A DNA stretch of 64,000 bases from Felis catus (lineage: Eukaryota): contig NC_058368.1 of the NCBI RefSeq assembly GCF_018350175.1, positions 127,908,001 through 127,972,000 on the forward strand, read 5' to 3'. The position numbers were made by a program, and so were the translations under genes. This document shows positions 1-13,029 of the stretch, piece by piece. Under the pieces are notes generated by a model. It did no database searches. It saw only the letters and a list, made by a program, of their open reading frames with translations, and had not been told where the DNA came from. Position 1 is the first letter of the stretch. Every line of letters begins with the position of its first letter.

Positions 1-71
1 TTATTACTTCTTTCTCCAGTTGCATTTCACGTCTACCAAACAATAAAATGCATTATGTTTCCACAAAAACA

Positions 72-460
72 AGGCATCAAAATCCAAGTTCTGGCTCTGC
101 TACAAATTGTGTAATCTGGCACAAGTCACCTAATTTCCTTGGATTCTCAGTTCTTTCATGTCTATCAAGTGAAGGGGATAAACTAGGTGATCTCCAATTC
201 TCTCACCTTGCCAATCAGCCCCCAACATTACCATCGAAACAAATTTCAGTCATGAGCTAGACCTACATTTGAGGCCATACCCTACCACTCCCTAGCAGTA
301 AATTTTTGGCAAATCCCAAAACCTAAACTGTCTTATCTATAGAGATAACCTCCTGGAACTGTTAAGAATATTTTAAAAATTGAGATAAGTTGCTCCTAAT
401 CCAGTGTTTGAAACCTAGTAAGCACTCCAAAGATGTTAGCTAACACGAATTAGTGTTATA
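72..460 (+). mobile_element. Degenerate MIR SINE fragments
   Basis: MIR-core-like motifs (tccaagttctggctctgctac...gtaatctggcacaagtcacctaat...ctcagttc; gtaagcactccaaagatgttagcta). Confidence 0.6.
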
Positions 461-631
461 CTAAAAAAATTCTAAATTCTTTTGGTTATTCAGCTGCTGA
501 TTCTTTCCAATGATAGGTAGACCACTATTTCATGTGAAACTTCCTTCCATTCGAAGACAACTCCGTTACAGAAGTTTTTCTTAATAAGCTTAACCCTGAC
601 TCCTTGCAACTCTATGTTCTACCATTTATAG

Positions 632-1187
632 CAGTGGTTTTTAACCTGAGGTCCACAAAGATATCAGGAGGTCCATAAATATGGATGAAAAACATTACAT
701 CTATATTTTTACTACTTCTAACTGAAAAGTAGCATTTACTTCAATTATGAATAGAGTCACTAAACCACAACAGTTTGTGTGACTTTGTCACTAATGTTTT
801 TCCATCTCATTAGAGATGCTGTGAATATTCCAAAATAAAGTATGATAGACATACTATACTTTGTTATTTCATGAATAAATATGCACACATATATCAATGT
901 GTTTTAATATTCTGATATTTTATATTAATATAATTGTTTTCCTTTTTAATCCTGTAATTTTCTTTTATATTTAAAAATGTGTTGAGGGGTGCCTGGGTGG
1001 CTCAGTCGGTTGGGCGTCCGACTTCAGCTCAGGTCACGATCTCGCGGCCCATGAGTTCGAGCCCCGAGTCAGGCACTGGGCTGATGGCTCAGAGCCTGGA
1101 GCCTGCTTCTGATTCTGTGTCTCCCTCTCTCTCTGCCCCTCCCCCATTCATGCTCTGTCTCTCTCTGCCCCAAAGATAAATAAACGT

Positions 1188-1240
<53 letters not shown>

Positions 1241-1334
1241 AAATGTGTTGAGAAGGCATCCATAGACTTTTCCAGTCGGCCAAAGGAATCTAGGTCATAC
1301 ACATATACACATAAAAAGGATAGGAAACTCTACT
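632..1334. mobile_element. hAT-Charlie-like non-autonomous DNA transposon, interrupted by a CAN-SINE
   Basis: Starts CAGTGGTTTTTAACCTG and ends with a degenerate complementary terminus (aaaaggataggaaactctactag). Family assignment is from memory. Confidence 0.55.
986..1238 (+). mobile_element. CAN-SINE (SINEC_Fc-type), full length, (TAAA)n tail
   Basis: GGGGTGCCTGGGTGGCTCAGTCGGTT tRNA-like head, CT-rich linker and A-rich tail. TSD AAAAATGTGTTGA at 973-985 and 1239-1251. Confidence 0.95.
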
Positions 1335-2454
1335 AGTTAACTCTACAGTAAGCTAGAATAATTCTACTCCCTTTCTCATTAATGAAACCCTCAACCAATA
1401 AAAGATAAACACCTGATTTTCAGATGCCTTGTCTTTCATTCTGCCTCTTCTAAACGTTTCTAATTGAGCATGCTTCCAGGTATGTCCCATGGAACACTAG
1501 TCTGCAAGTTTATCCATGAAAAAGAAAATAGTCCTTTGCTCAAAAATGAGGGGGGGAAAGTTGGGGAAAGCCTCCAATACCAGAAGCAATAAGAGGAAGA
1601 AGAAAGAAAGTAAGTACCTGGAGAAAGAAGTAAAGTTAAAATGTTTTTTGTGGAACTTGTGTCTGAAGAAAGAAGTGAAAGAGTCATTAGAGAAGGAAAT
1701 AGTCTAAATAGTGGTATAAGAGATGATGTTACAATTATAGTCCTATAAGAAGGATGAGGGGATCAAGGTAGAATCAAAGTACAGTAGTTTAAGGTGAATA
1801 CAAATTATTTCAGGACACCAGAGTAGGACATTTCCTCCAGGCCTCCCTGTGAACTCACCTTGGACAGCCACAATGCATACTGGTACATTAAAGACAGAAG
1901 TAATTCCCAAAAGATGTCTGTTGAATTTGCTTAACAACTCATCCCTTCCAAGCTTCTTTGACTCCATACCTTCCCTTTTCATAATACCCATTAACATTCT
2001 AAAAATGAGTGGTCTACAGGTTACACTCTGGAAAACTGCTCAAATTTATCAATGAACAAGACAATCCAGAGGTGATCTATTATTAGAGCACAATGAATGA
2101 CTGCTAACTTTCTTGTCTGAGCAACAACATTTCACTTAAGGTTGATTCTCTGTCACAGAAAGATTCCATTTAGAGGATTTAGACAAATTTATCACACTGT
2201 CGGTGGATAAAGAACCTCTTATTAACTACTCTTTTTTATTAGAACTGTCCATACAGTAAAGTCTTTCTCATCCTATACTTCAGCTATTGTGTTTTTTTCT
2301 TATTATGTCTAAATCAGCACTTGCATTTTATTTCTATTAGATTTTGCCTTGTTACTTCTTGCCCATGGAGTTCATTTGTTGTCAAAACAAAGAACTGTCA
2401 CCTAGTCCTTTCAACTTTAAATACTATCCATAAAGTTGATTAGCATTGATCTTT

Positions 2455-2476
2455 GCCTTTTTGTTTCTTTGTTTGG

Positions 2477-2570
<94 letters not shown>

Positions 2571-2625
2571 GCAGAGGGAGAGGGAGACAATCTTAAGCAG
2601 GCTCCATGCTCAATGTAGAACTTGA
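2455..2625 (-). mobile_element. CAN-SINE 3' portion with expanded (AG)n; head missing
   Basis: (AG)n followed by gggcagagggagagggagacaatcttaagcaggctccatgctca, the reverse complement of a SINE body. Confidence 0.8.
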
Positions 2626-2663
2626 GATCTTTATCTTAAGACAAACCCCTCTTCAAAATGTAA

Positions 2664-2858
2664 GGGTGCTTGGGTGGCTCAATCAGTTAAGTGTCAGACT
2701 TCAGCTCAGGTCATGATCTCACAATTCCTGAGCCCAAGCCCCACATTGGGCTCTGTGCTCACAGCTCAGAGCCTAGAGCCATCTTCAGATTCTGTGTGTG
2801 TCTCTCTCTCTCTGCCACTCCCCCTATCACACTCTGTCTCAAAAATAAACATTAAAAT

Positions 2859-2902
<44 letters not shown>

Positions 2903-2903
2903 A
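2664..2903 (+). mobile_element. CAN-SINE with (TAAA)n tail
   Basis: GGGTGCTTGGGTGGCTCAATCAGTTAAG head; short flanking repeat AAAATGT. Confidence 0.92.
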
Positions 2904-3232
2904 ATGTTGAGCAGGACATAGCCAAGGGAAAACATTGTGACACATCAGGAACTAGTCAATGTGTGGTGCTATGCTTGTTTAATCTGCTTCATACCTATAT
3001 AATTTTACTGAACTACTCCCAATTTTTCCACCACATCTCGAATGCTGGTAGCCCTGTAATTCCATATCTACAGTTTCCATGATGTTTACTTTTCTCTTTT
3101 TTGGAACCTGGAAATGTCTGCAGTTATTCTAAGGAATCATTTTCCTCCATGTAACACTCATGGAGTGTGACACACATGCAAGTTTTAGTCATTGATAATA
3201 TTGGTCTTTGAAATAAATACTTTCGGACTGAA

Positions 3233-3246
3233 GTGTGTGTGTGTGT

Positions 3247-3291
<45 letters not shown>

Positions 3292-3308
3292 TGTGTGTGT
3301 GTGTGTGT
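3233..3308. repeat. (TG)n microsatellite
   Basis: About 38 TG units with two TC interruptions. Confidence 0.98.
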
Positions 3309-3334
3309 TCTCTATAGCCAAGATATCTAGGCAC

Positions 3335-3462
3335 TTTTTTTCCTTTTTTTTTTCCTTAAAGATTTTATTTTTAAATAATCTCCACACACAACACGGGGCC
3401 CAAACTCACAACCCCAAGATCAGGAGTCATACGCTCCACTGACCAAGCCAGCCAGGCGCCCC
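3335..3462 (-). mobile_element. Short CAN-SINE variant lacking the CT linker
   Basis: Ends ...ccagccaggcgcccc (reverse complement of the head) with poly-T at left; flanked by TAGGCA repeats. Confidence 0.85.
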
Positions 3463-5248
3463 TAGGCATTCCTGAAATGTTGATAAAGGTGAGCCAAGCT
3501 TTGCTAAACCGTTCTGTGTTGTTTGTGTAGCCAAGGTTAAAACTGCAGTAATTAATATTGGTAAAAATACTAAGAAAAATGTATCAGTATATAAGTAATG
3601 TAAGTACCTACTTCCAATTATTGGTCACCATTGTAATGTTGACATCTACATTGGCATTGTCGTTTTTAATGGATCAAATAAAACTGTGTTCAGGATAGTG
3701 AAATTATGCCATTAAGGGCTTTTAATGCTGAAAGCAGTATTGTATTTTAACTTAGTAATTCCACTTCTGGAAATTAGCAGTCTCTCCATCTTAGTACAAC
3801 TTGGCTCACTAAAGTCTTTGCAGTGATATCTTGGAAGCTCTGACAGTTTTAGGATCAATATATTTATCCCTGAAGGTAGAAGTTAAAAACTCCAAAATGA
3901 TGAAGCTGCTGTTATACACTGCTGTAGTTTCTTCATGATGTTTGGCTCCTTGTGTACAAAATACAATTCAGCGCTAAGCCAAAGGGTTCCCTAAACAGAC
4001 CAGTTCACTCAAGATAATTGAAGCTTAGGTTTATTACATGAAGGATTAGTCACAAAATGGCAGGGGTACAGCCATCAGGTTTTTCTCAAGGATATGAAAA
4101 GAAACAATAAACCAGTGATTAAGGGCAATTTATAACTCTTTTAATGCACACATTCCAAGTTCTTAATGGGAGGCATTATACATTATTATACATACTAGTT
4201 TCAGTGAAAATCCCTTAAGTAGCAAGACTATTCTTAAAGGATATAATGTGCTCAGGTAAGTGTAAGCCTATTCAAGGGCCACTGCCACTGACATCTACAA
4301 AATTGTAGTGCCAGATTTACTGCTACAAAAGATATTTAATGTCATGGAATACAAAGGCCCATAAAAGAATAAATCAACATAACAGCTATGCATTCAAGCA
4401 CGTGGGCAATTGAAGGAAGAGTAAGGAAAAATAGGCTATTTATTAGAAAGTTATACAATGTTTAGGTTCAACTACCTCAGCTTTTCTCAAACTGCAAATG
4501 TTGAAGTGTTCCAAGAATAAAGTGTTCAATAACAATGTTTCTTCCAAAAAATATTTAATGTACTTAAACAGACTTGTATAATTATTATTATCATATAAGA
4601 ATCTGCATTTAAGAGATTGATAGAAACCCAGGAAATTGCATAAATGACCAACACATGAAAAAGAATCTAAATATCAATGTTTCCATAGTATTTACCCACA
4701 ATTGTACTGATACTTATTGCCTCTTAAAAACCATTGCTCTTTGCTATGGAACCTGTCGTATTTCAACTATTTTCATCTTTTTAAAAATTTTCCCCAATAG
4801 AAATTAAAATTAAATTCTCTATTGAATTTGTATTATTTTGGTCCTATAAATGAGTTACTATATGAACTGATTTTTATTATTGATTGAAGCAATTAATTGT
4901 CATAGACCATTTTTTGTCCGCTTTAGTTAAAGTGCAGATTATATATACCCATGAGCTATTTCTGGTGTTCTATGGATAAACAATCATGTAACAAGTATTC
5001 CATAGTCAAGTAAGTTTGGGAAATGTGTATTCTGAACAAATCTTCGAGGAATTTGTAACATTACATGGTATATTCCAGAATGGGGACACAATCACTGAAC
5101 TTCAAATTTTTCATACCGGAAAGGACTTGGATATGGTCTCCTCACTTAAAGCGAGACCCTGAGAAGTTAGATGGACTGGGTTCAGTTTATTCATAAGTTG
5201 GATGAAGATGTTTGTAATAACCAATTCTTTGTTCTTCTCTATGATATC

Positions 5249-5722
5249 AAAGGGAGGGAGGGAGGGAGGGAGGGAGGGAGGGAGGGAAGGAAGGAAGGAA
5301 GGAAGGAAGGAAGGAAGGGAGGGAGGGAGGGAGGGAGGGAGGAGGGGAGAAAAGAAAAGAAAAGAAAAGAAAAGAAAAGAAAAGAAAAGAAAAGAAAAGA
5401 AAAGAAAAGAAAAGAAAAGAAAAGAAAAGAAAAGAAAAAAGAGGGAGGAAGGAAAAGAGAGGGAGGGATGAAGAAGGAAGGAAGGAAGGAAGGAAGGAAG
5501 GAAGGAAGGAAGGAAGGAAGGGAGGGAGGAGGGGAGAAAAGAAAAGAAAAGAAAAGAAAAGAAAAGAAAAGAAAAGAAAAGAAAAGAAAAGAAAAGAAAA
5601 GAAAAGAAAAGAAAAAAGAGGGAGGAAGGAAAAGAGAGGGAGGGATGAAGAAAGAAGGAAGGAAGGAAGGAAGGAAGGAAGGAAGGAAGGAAGGAAGGAA
5701 GGAAGGAAGGAAGGAAGGAAAG
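5249..5722. repeat. Compound polypurine repeat (GGGA)n/(GGAA)n/(GAAAA)n with an internal ~177-bp duplication
   Basis: Read directly from the sequence; the only pyrimidines are two T residues at 5469 and 5646. Confidence 0.97.
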
Positions 5723-7649
5723 ACTGTGTAGCCACCAAGAATAGAAGAGTTGACCTAGCACAACTACTGCAGAATTGAAATACTAAGTGAAATGTGTTTA
5801 CTAGGCAACCAAAGTATTTAAAACATCATAACTCTATAAATAATCAACTATGTAAAAGAGACCTTAAGGACTATGAAATACACCCTAGAGATCAAATGTA
5901 GATTCTAATGAAGAATGGCATTATGGGGACTCAATATAGATTAGTGACTCATCTTGAGCAAAAGTAAATTAGTATTGATTTTGAGAATGGTTTAAAAATT
6001 GGTTAACTCTCTCAGTTAGAGGACTGTTTGGTCAAAACAAACAGAACTCTCTCATGCTAGCTTAAACTAAAAGGAGGAATTTATTAAAAAGTTACAAGAT
6101 TATTTTGTAGAACTCAAACCTAGGGAGGCAGCTAAGCGTCCTGTGGGATTACAACCCAACTGAAAAGCTGTCAAAAATCCAGGCAGCTGTAACTCTGTCT
6201 CTTTTTCACCCTGGAGTTTATAGTCTCTCATGTATGTGTCCCCAGACACATCAGTTTCACTCTTTTCCTTCTTTGAGAATTGGCCCTCCCCTGTTGAGTT
6301 CCAGTAAATAGAGCAGAATCAACATGTCCCAAATCAAATTCAGGGATAGAACCTGTTTTTTCATCTTGGGTCATGAGTGGGAGCAAGCAATGTAGTGATG
6401 GGACTTCCTGTTCCCTCGAAAGCAACTATGGAAGTAGACCCTCTGCAACAGTATCATTGGGATAATCGCTAAGAGAGTCCTACAGGTGCAGAACATAATC
6501 ATTGTCAGAGGAAGCATGTAGCCTCTTTAGAAGGTAACATCCCTTGGGAAAAGAGCAACTACTGGCCATAGGAAAGTATGAATACACAGATAATAAACTG
6601 AAAAGGAGAGTAGGAAGGAGGAATCTACAACCAGCCTCTTGCAGGGTCACTGACCTGTTCCAGTCCTAAGATTGCAGCCATGGCAGCCTTTGCTTTAAGA
6701 CTTTTAGGACTCTAAACCGAACATGAGAAGAGTATAGATGGGGTAGTAACCAGAGTTTGTTTACTCCCTTCACTTTCTGGACCTGCTCTACTCAGTCCTA
6801 GTCCTTTCTTCAGAATTCCTTCTTGCCAACTTACTGCCATGTCTACATCTTGCCTTCCTGTTGCCCTAGGACACAGAATATAGTGAAAAAAATAAGGATT
6901 ATCTCCAATGATAGCCACCAGGCAAACATGATCTTAGGGACAATCTAACCAATGTTGGTATGCTAAAATAGCATCTCCTTTCAAATTGGAGAGGCCTGGG
7001 TTTGAATCCACACCTACTGATTAGAAGCTGTCTCACCTAAACTAGTTATCTAAGTAGACTCTTGATGTCTCAAGATTATAAAGATTTCCTCAAGTCTATC
7101 TATTTTGGGTAAATAGAACAATTTTAAATGATGGTGATGATAATTATACCACTAGTACATTAGCACTGAAACCTTTGGATTTCTGTTTGATATCTCTTCT
7201 GACCCTGATCATAACTTCTACAGCAAGTGATGAATACTGGGTTCTTTCATGTAAAACAGGTACATGAGTGCCTACATGTTCAGAGCATTACCATAAGCAT
7301 TGTGTGGGAAAATGAGAATTTATCAGTTGAAGGACTCTGCCCACAAGGAAATGACAAAGTTACAATGGACAATAAACAAATAAATAAGTGGAAGGAAGGA
7401 AGGAAGCAAGGAAGGAAGAAAGGAAGTTACAAAGGTAGGAAGGAAGGAAAAAGGAAGGAAGGAAAAGGTAAAGAGAAAAAGAAAGACTATGAAAAAATTG
7501 TCTACTGTGTATTGGGCTCTTTAAGTATATGATCTTATTTACTCTTCTCAAGCCACCTTTTAGGTAGATATTATTGTTCCCATTTTATAAATAAGTGAAC
7601 AGAGAAAGAAGGATTAAGGGACTTTTGGAAATATTTAAAAAGTGGTCTA

Positions 7650-7846
7650 TGGGTCACCTGAGTGGTTCAGTCAGTTAAGCATCTGACTTCAGCTCAGGTC
7701 ATGATCTTGCAGTTCATGGGTTAGAGCCCCACCTCAGAGTGCGGAGCCTGCTTCAGATTCTGGGCCTCTCTGTAAAATCTGGCCCTCCCCCATTCACACT
7801 CTGTCCCTCTCTCCCCAAAATAAAATAAAATAGAATAACATTAAGA
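7650..7846 (+). mobile_element. CAN-SINE with internal deletion
   Basis: tRNA-like head and A-rich tail. TSD AAAAAGTGGTCTA at 7637-7649 and 7847-7859. Confidence 0.92.
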
Positions 7847-8819
7847 AAAAAGTGGTCTAGATCAAGTGTAATGAGATCACAGTAGGAAAACAGTGTTTTT
7901 AACTGTGAAGCTCATGGTTTTACAAAGGAGATGAAATTTGAGCCTTCTATGCTGTATAGAATTTGGGCATTGGCAGAAACACCTTCATGAGTGAGGGTCC
8001 TAAGAACAGGGAAAAAAAAAAAACCACAGCCATGTCTGCACACATTTGCAGATAACTGAGCAGCTAAATCAGTTCTGCAGAGCTGTGCACAAATGGGAGC
8101 TGTCTTCAGAAAAAGGTCTGGAGCCAGATAATGGAAAGCTTCAATGGCTGGCTGATGTGCTGTGATTTTCTGTGGGCAGTGGAGAACCACAAGAGGTGAG
8201 TGAAGACATGATACCCTAAGATCCTCCAGCTAGGGGCTCTGTGTAAGAAAAAACAAGGTGGACATTATATGACAATCACCAAGGAAAAGAGAGTAAGAGT
8301 TTGATAGTGACCACGAGAATGAGAAATAAGGAGCATGTAAAAGGAAACTGTAAAGTAAGATTCAACAGATCTTGCATATGACTGAATGGTCAAGAGAAGA
8401 ACAGCTAAAGATGTTGTGAGTTTTGAGAATACTGGGAGTGAACAGGAATCAGACTCCTCATTTCTACTCTCTGGGCTTTCTGTTTAACAGGAGGCTAAAT
8501 TTGAAGCTGTTTCTATACTAACACATATGAAGCATATTGTTTTTATAAACCTTTGTAAAATCTCTGGAATGTTTGCAAATAATTCCATGGTCCCCAGACA
8601 GTTTATATGCAACATGCTTCACATTACTAACAGAGACATCACTGAAAAAATATTCTATAACAAATTTATGAAGGCCATTCCTTAAAAGACTATTTTTAAA
8701 ATGGAAATACATTTGTTGAAAACTATTAACAATTTGATACTTACTTACACATGAGATGTACATATATTTTCACCTACTGCAAGTCTGTGTTTATTATTTA
8801 TCCTTAAGACATTTAAAAA

Positions 8820-9204
8820 CACTGGTTGTTAACTCTAGGTGCACACTGGAATCACTTGCACAGCCCTAAAGAATGCTGATGCCTAGGGGCACCTGGGTGG
8901 CTCAGTTGGTTAAGCATCTGACATCAGCCCAGGTCATGATCTCAAGGTTGGTGACTTGGAGTCCTGAATCAGGCTCTTTGCTGTCAGCAAAGAGCCCTCT
9001 TCAGATCCTCTGTCTCCCTCTCTCTCCCTCCCTTCCTCTCTCTCTCTCTCTCTTGCTCGCTCATTCAAAAATAAATAAACATTAAAAAAATTAAAAGAGT
9101 GCTGATGCCTGAGTCCTACACCCAGGTTTTAGTATGATATACCTGGGAATTTTTAAAACTCTTGAAGTAATTCTAATGGTGAAGCCAGGAATGAGAAGCA
9201 CTGG
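8820..9204. mobile_element. MER5-like hAT MITE interrupted by a CAN-SINE
   Basis: Termini cactggttgttaactctagg...gaatgagaagcactg, with internal ggaatcacttg and tttttaaaactc...aattctaatg motifs. Confidence 0.6.
8886..9094 (+). mobile_element. CAN-SINE
   Basis: GGGGCACCTGGGTGGCTCAGTTGG head; TSD AAAGA(A/G)TGCTGATGCCT on both sides. Confidence 0.94.
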
Positions 9205-12200
9205 AAAGTAAGAAGAAAGAAATGATTGCTTATGTTAGAGATAATTAAGAAGTTTCTCTTGCCATCAAAACAGGCTATCAGCTATACTTATATAATTTGT
9301 ACACTATGGTGCCAACTCATTTTTATCCTAACATTAAATGAGGTATGACATCACACTAAATAAGAAAAGTTCTATCAAGAAGGAGGGTTTGGTAAGCTGA
9401 GTGGTCAGAATTGGGAGAATAAGTAAATAATCAAGAAAGATGTAAAATATTCTGACTCCTGAAGCATTTTGTTTATTCTTCTGACTCAGCCTTAACCCAG
9501 GAATATTACAACAGTGAAAGCTCACCTTGGCTTCTCCCTGGATCTTCTGCAAATGTAGAGTTAGGAACTCGCTGACCAAGAAAGAGACTCCAAGTTCCTC
9601 CATTCAGCATCCCAATATGGCAGCTGCACTCTCCAGGGTGCAGAGGTAAGATAAGGCTTTTGGACCCAGTGAATCTGGAAGAAACTGGAGAGGAGCTAGC
9701 TACTGACCCAGCTTCTTTGTATCTGGAGGGATGCTGAAAGCCCTACTCTTTCCAAATCCTCTCCCTCTTCTCATACACAGACTAAAATGTCAATTATCTC
9801 CTTGACTTAAGGCATTGTCAAGAGAAATCCCATATTCAATCTGCCTAATGCCTGGGAGGAGTAAAGCATTTCCTTCTATTGCTTTTCATTGCTAAAGAAA
9901 AAACTGCTTCCCTCTCTCTAGCAGGCAGGGCTGTGAGGGAACAAGACGAGGTGCAGTGACAGCCCTGGGGAATTTCTAGGGAACATCACAGTTAAGATAG
10001 CCTCTGGCTGTGCCGAATTGCTCACCACTATTCCATTCATAAGCTTTGGTCTAGCTAGATTCTGGCCATAATGCATTTTATTGTTTTTCCTTGAAGAGCC
10101 CTTCTCTCCAATGGTCACAACTGGAATTCTATCCTTCTCTCAAATCCCACTTCACATACTCATCTACCCATCTGACCACACCTATTTAAATCAATCTTCC
10201 TTTCCTCTCTCAGCTTTGGAACTGGATAATTTTGCATTTGTTATTCTTCTTTACCAGACCCCAGCACCTCAAGAGACAGAATTTTGGCTTTGTCCAAATG
10301 TATATGCCATATAGAACCAATTGCATACTTTGGGCATAATAGGGACTCAATATATCTGGTCAGTACATTAACTGGATCAATTTAAAGGTCACTGCAGATT
10401 TCAGACACAACTAGAATTTTCCCAAACTTGAAATAACCAGTAAGTCAGAACATGCATGTGGTGAATGGTTGAAGAGCCTCCCCTGGAATGGACATCTACA
10501 GAGGCATTTAATTATTCCACAAAAATAATGGACTCGCATCTGAAAGCAAACATGAATATTCTCAACTAGCTTTATCTTATGGGATTATGGTTGTTCTATC
10601 ATGACTCTTTAATAGTAGCATATGTTCTTCCCTGACACGTGATTTAAACAAGCTTGGTTTATGCCAAGCCGTGGTTGTCACTCTACATAATTGTACCACT
10701 GCAATCACTGTAATTCTTGGTTTAAAGAAGCTGATCTATTTTCTGCCGGGTGACCAGAGGGTCATCACTTACCTCTGAGCCTGCATGTAGCACACTCAAG
10801 AATGAATTCTCTATCTTTAGGGACTGGCAAGCTGTATGTTTATTTATGAGACCTTGATATAAACCATCCCTGCTTCCTAATTGCTGGGCAAGCTACAGGG
10901 AAGAGACTTTAATTATCAAAGTCCTCACCAGCTCTAATTTACTTAAGGGTCATTTCTACATTGCTCTCACCACAGTCTATGGAGTATTAGCATGTTTACA
11001 ATTACTTTGCTTTTACTTAAGAATCTTTTTTGACCCAAATCAACTTTTTTCCTATCTGAAATTTTCACAAAATTTGGGTATTTCAAGAGTTTGTTGCCAG
11101 ACAACCTGCCCCCAAAAATACCTAGCACAGAGCCTTTAAAGCTGGTACTCAGTATGGCTGGTGAAATAACAAGTGAATGAAAGAAAGTGTTTACATTTTG
11201 CCAGCAGGAATACTTGAAGTCATAACAGAAGATATTTTGGCATTTGGTTCAGAAAAATGGCCAAATCTTGTAATTTCTGGCTGAAAAATCTTATTTAAAA
11301 CCTACCTAAGTATCATGTAAATGAGACATTCACTTGCATTTATTATTAAGTATCCTTTGATATATGTTTTCTATCTTTCAAATGCTTTATAAATTATGAA
11401 ATAATTATATTTCTTGCTCAGCACAAGACTTTGCACCTAGCAATAGATGCCCTATAATGTTTGTGGTCAGTTAATATACTTCTACATCGTACAGAATTTC
11501 TCCCTTGGACTCATATCCTCACTCCCTTACCCCCAGGCCCCCAAAATAGTCTGCAGAATGAGACTGTAGTTCCAAGATCAGTAAGAGCCATTCATATAAA
11601 CATAATGCCAAGGCCAGATCCTTGGAAAAATTGCAAAGTGACGAAGAATGTTCCCACTGAGTCTTTTCTTCACCATTTTTCCTTCTCCACCCAGCACTCG
11701 TTGATCCTCTACTCCAGGAAAGAATCCGATTCACTCATCGATACAAAGGTATATCACCAACTTACTATCACCCCTCACATGGCTTTAACATTTTAAAAGA
11801 GGTCCCAAGAAAAACATAATGCTCAACTCAAAGAAAGAAGACTACTGGTAACACTATAAGCTCAGAGATTTGTTGTGATGATGACTGTGAGGTTGGCTGA
11901 CCTTAGAACACAGTCACTTCTATGTATTTCCTTCTCAGCATCAAGCGCTAACCAAATAATCACCACAGCCCTTCTGCATTCAGATACTCCATAGACTCAC
12001 TAAGACCTACCTTCTACAAAAGGGGGCATGACCCTTTATTCCTTAATGTGGCTCTACTGTCTACTGCTGGACAGCCAGCATGAACTCATTTGCTGGAAAC
12101 TAGCTTTTGCCTAAGAGGCTCCATCCTGGTTCCCATGAATCACCAGCCAGTCCTTCTTGGTATTTTCTGATGTTCTGCCTCAGATGGACTCTGAAACAGT

Positions 12201-12797
12201 CCCTCCAGTTCTTTAGCCTTGGTACCTCTTTGAGAATGACTTCCATTATCTTGAGTGCAGCCTGCTCTGCTCTGCTCTGCTCTGAATGCTCCCTGTCCAG
12301 GCTCATGGAAGCAACACTACTTTCCTTTTGTGTAAGGGTCCATCGCAGTGCCTCTCTCCACTTGCTAAAAGGCCTAACATGTGCCTTTTTGGGCCTAAAA
12401 ACTCTACAAGTACTGCACCTTCACTGGCTACCAGTGCCATAGATTACAAGTGCTGCTTGTTCCTGGTCACTGCCATGTGTCCAGGAACCACATCAGCCCA
12501 TTCTCTGTTTCATAGACCAGTCCCAGATCTTCCTGGCACCAATGAAAGGAAAAAGCTCCTTGCTCTATATACACCACCCTGCTTCCAAATGGTACATTTC
12601 ACATGGACTGGGAACTTTCTAGAATGGTTGGAAGCAAAATATGCATTCTCTTCAGGAAAACCTACTCTTTGCCTGTGAGGTATTGTCATCCTTGCCCATC
12701 CTCCCCGCCCCCCCCCCCCCACCCATCATGAAATAGTACATCACTGCCTATTTCTAAAAATCCAGATTTTATTTTTCCATAACCAAACGTTATACAA

Positions 12798-13029
12798 CAG
12801 GGACTTTTGAGCATTTTGACTACAAGCCACAGTAAAATATACATTTTATATCTCTGTACTCCATACAGATATAAAAATATACAGATAGTTTTAAAAAAAA
12901 ACAAAAAAATGACTTACTGTATTATGTGTTACACTCTGAAATTTTTATTCTACCTAATTTCAAAATAATATTAAATCAACTGATTAGCTGCATCTTTCAC
13001 TAATGAGTCCCTACAGTTTTAAAATACTG
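12798..13029. mobile_element. hAT-Charlie-like MITE
   Basis: Degenerate termini cagggacttttgagcattttgac... and ...cagttttaaaatactg around an AT-rich interior. Confidence 0.5.

Larger units (their letters stand above)
1990..3130 (-). mobile_element. Ancient L3/CR1 LINE remnants, interrupted by two CAN-SINEs
   Basis: CR1-like motifs such as cacttgcattttatttctattagattttgccttgtt and aaaatgttgagcaggacatagccaagg. Highly diverged. Confidence 0.5.

Noticed and set aside
979..1179. Recurrent ORF family 'AWVAQSV..PTSAQV.IS' and tRNA-like A/B boxes at many positions
   Set aside because: All are CAN-SINE heads, not tRNA genes or a protein family.
1859..1998. Minus-strand exon-like segment (ccactcatttttag| ... 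AAG|gtgagt)
   Set aside because: 140 nt, frame-shifting, with a TGA in the PDE4D7 frame. Most likely a pseudo-exon, and it shows how often such site pairs arise by chance here.
5111..5761. Long ORFs of 216, 186 and 163 aa
   Set aside because: These are translations of the polypurine microsatellite, which lacks stop codons by composition.
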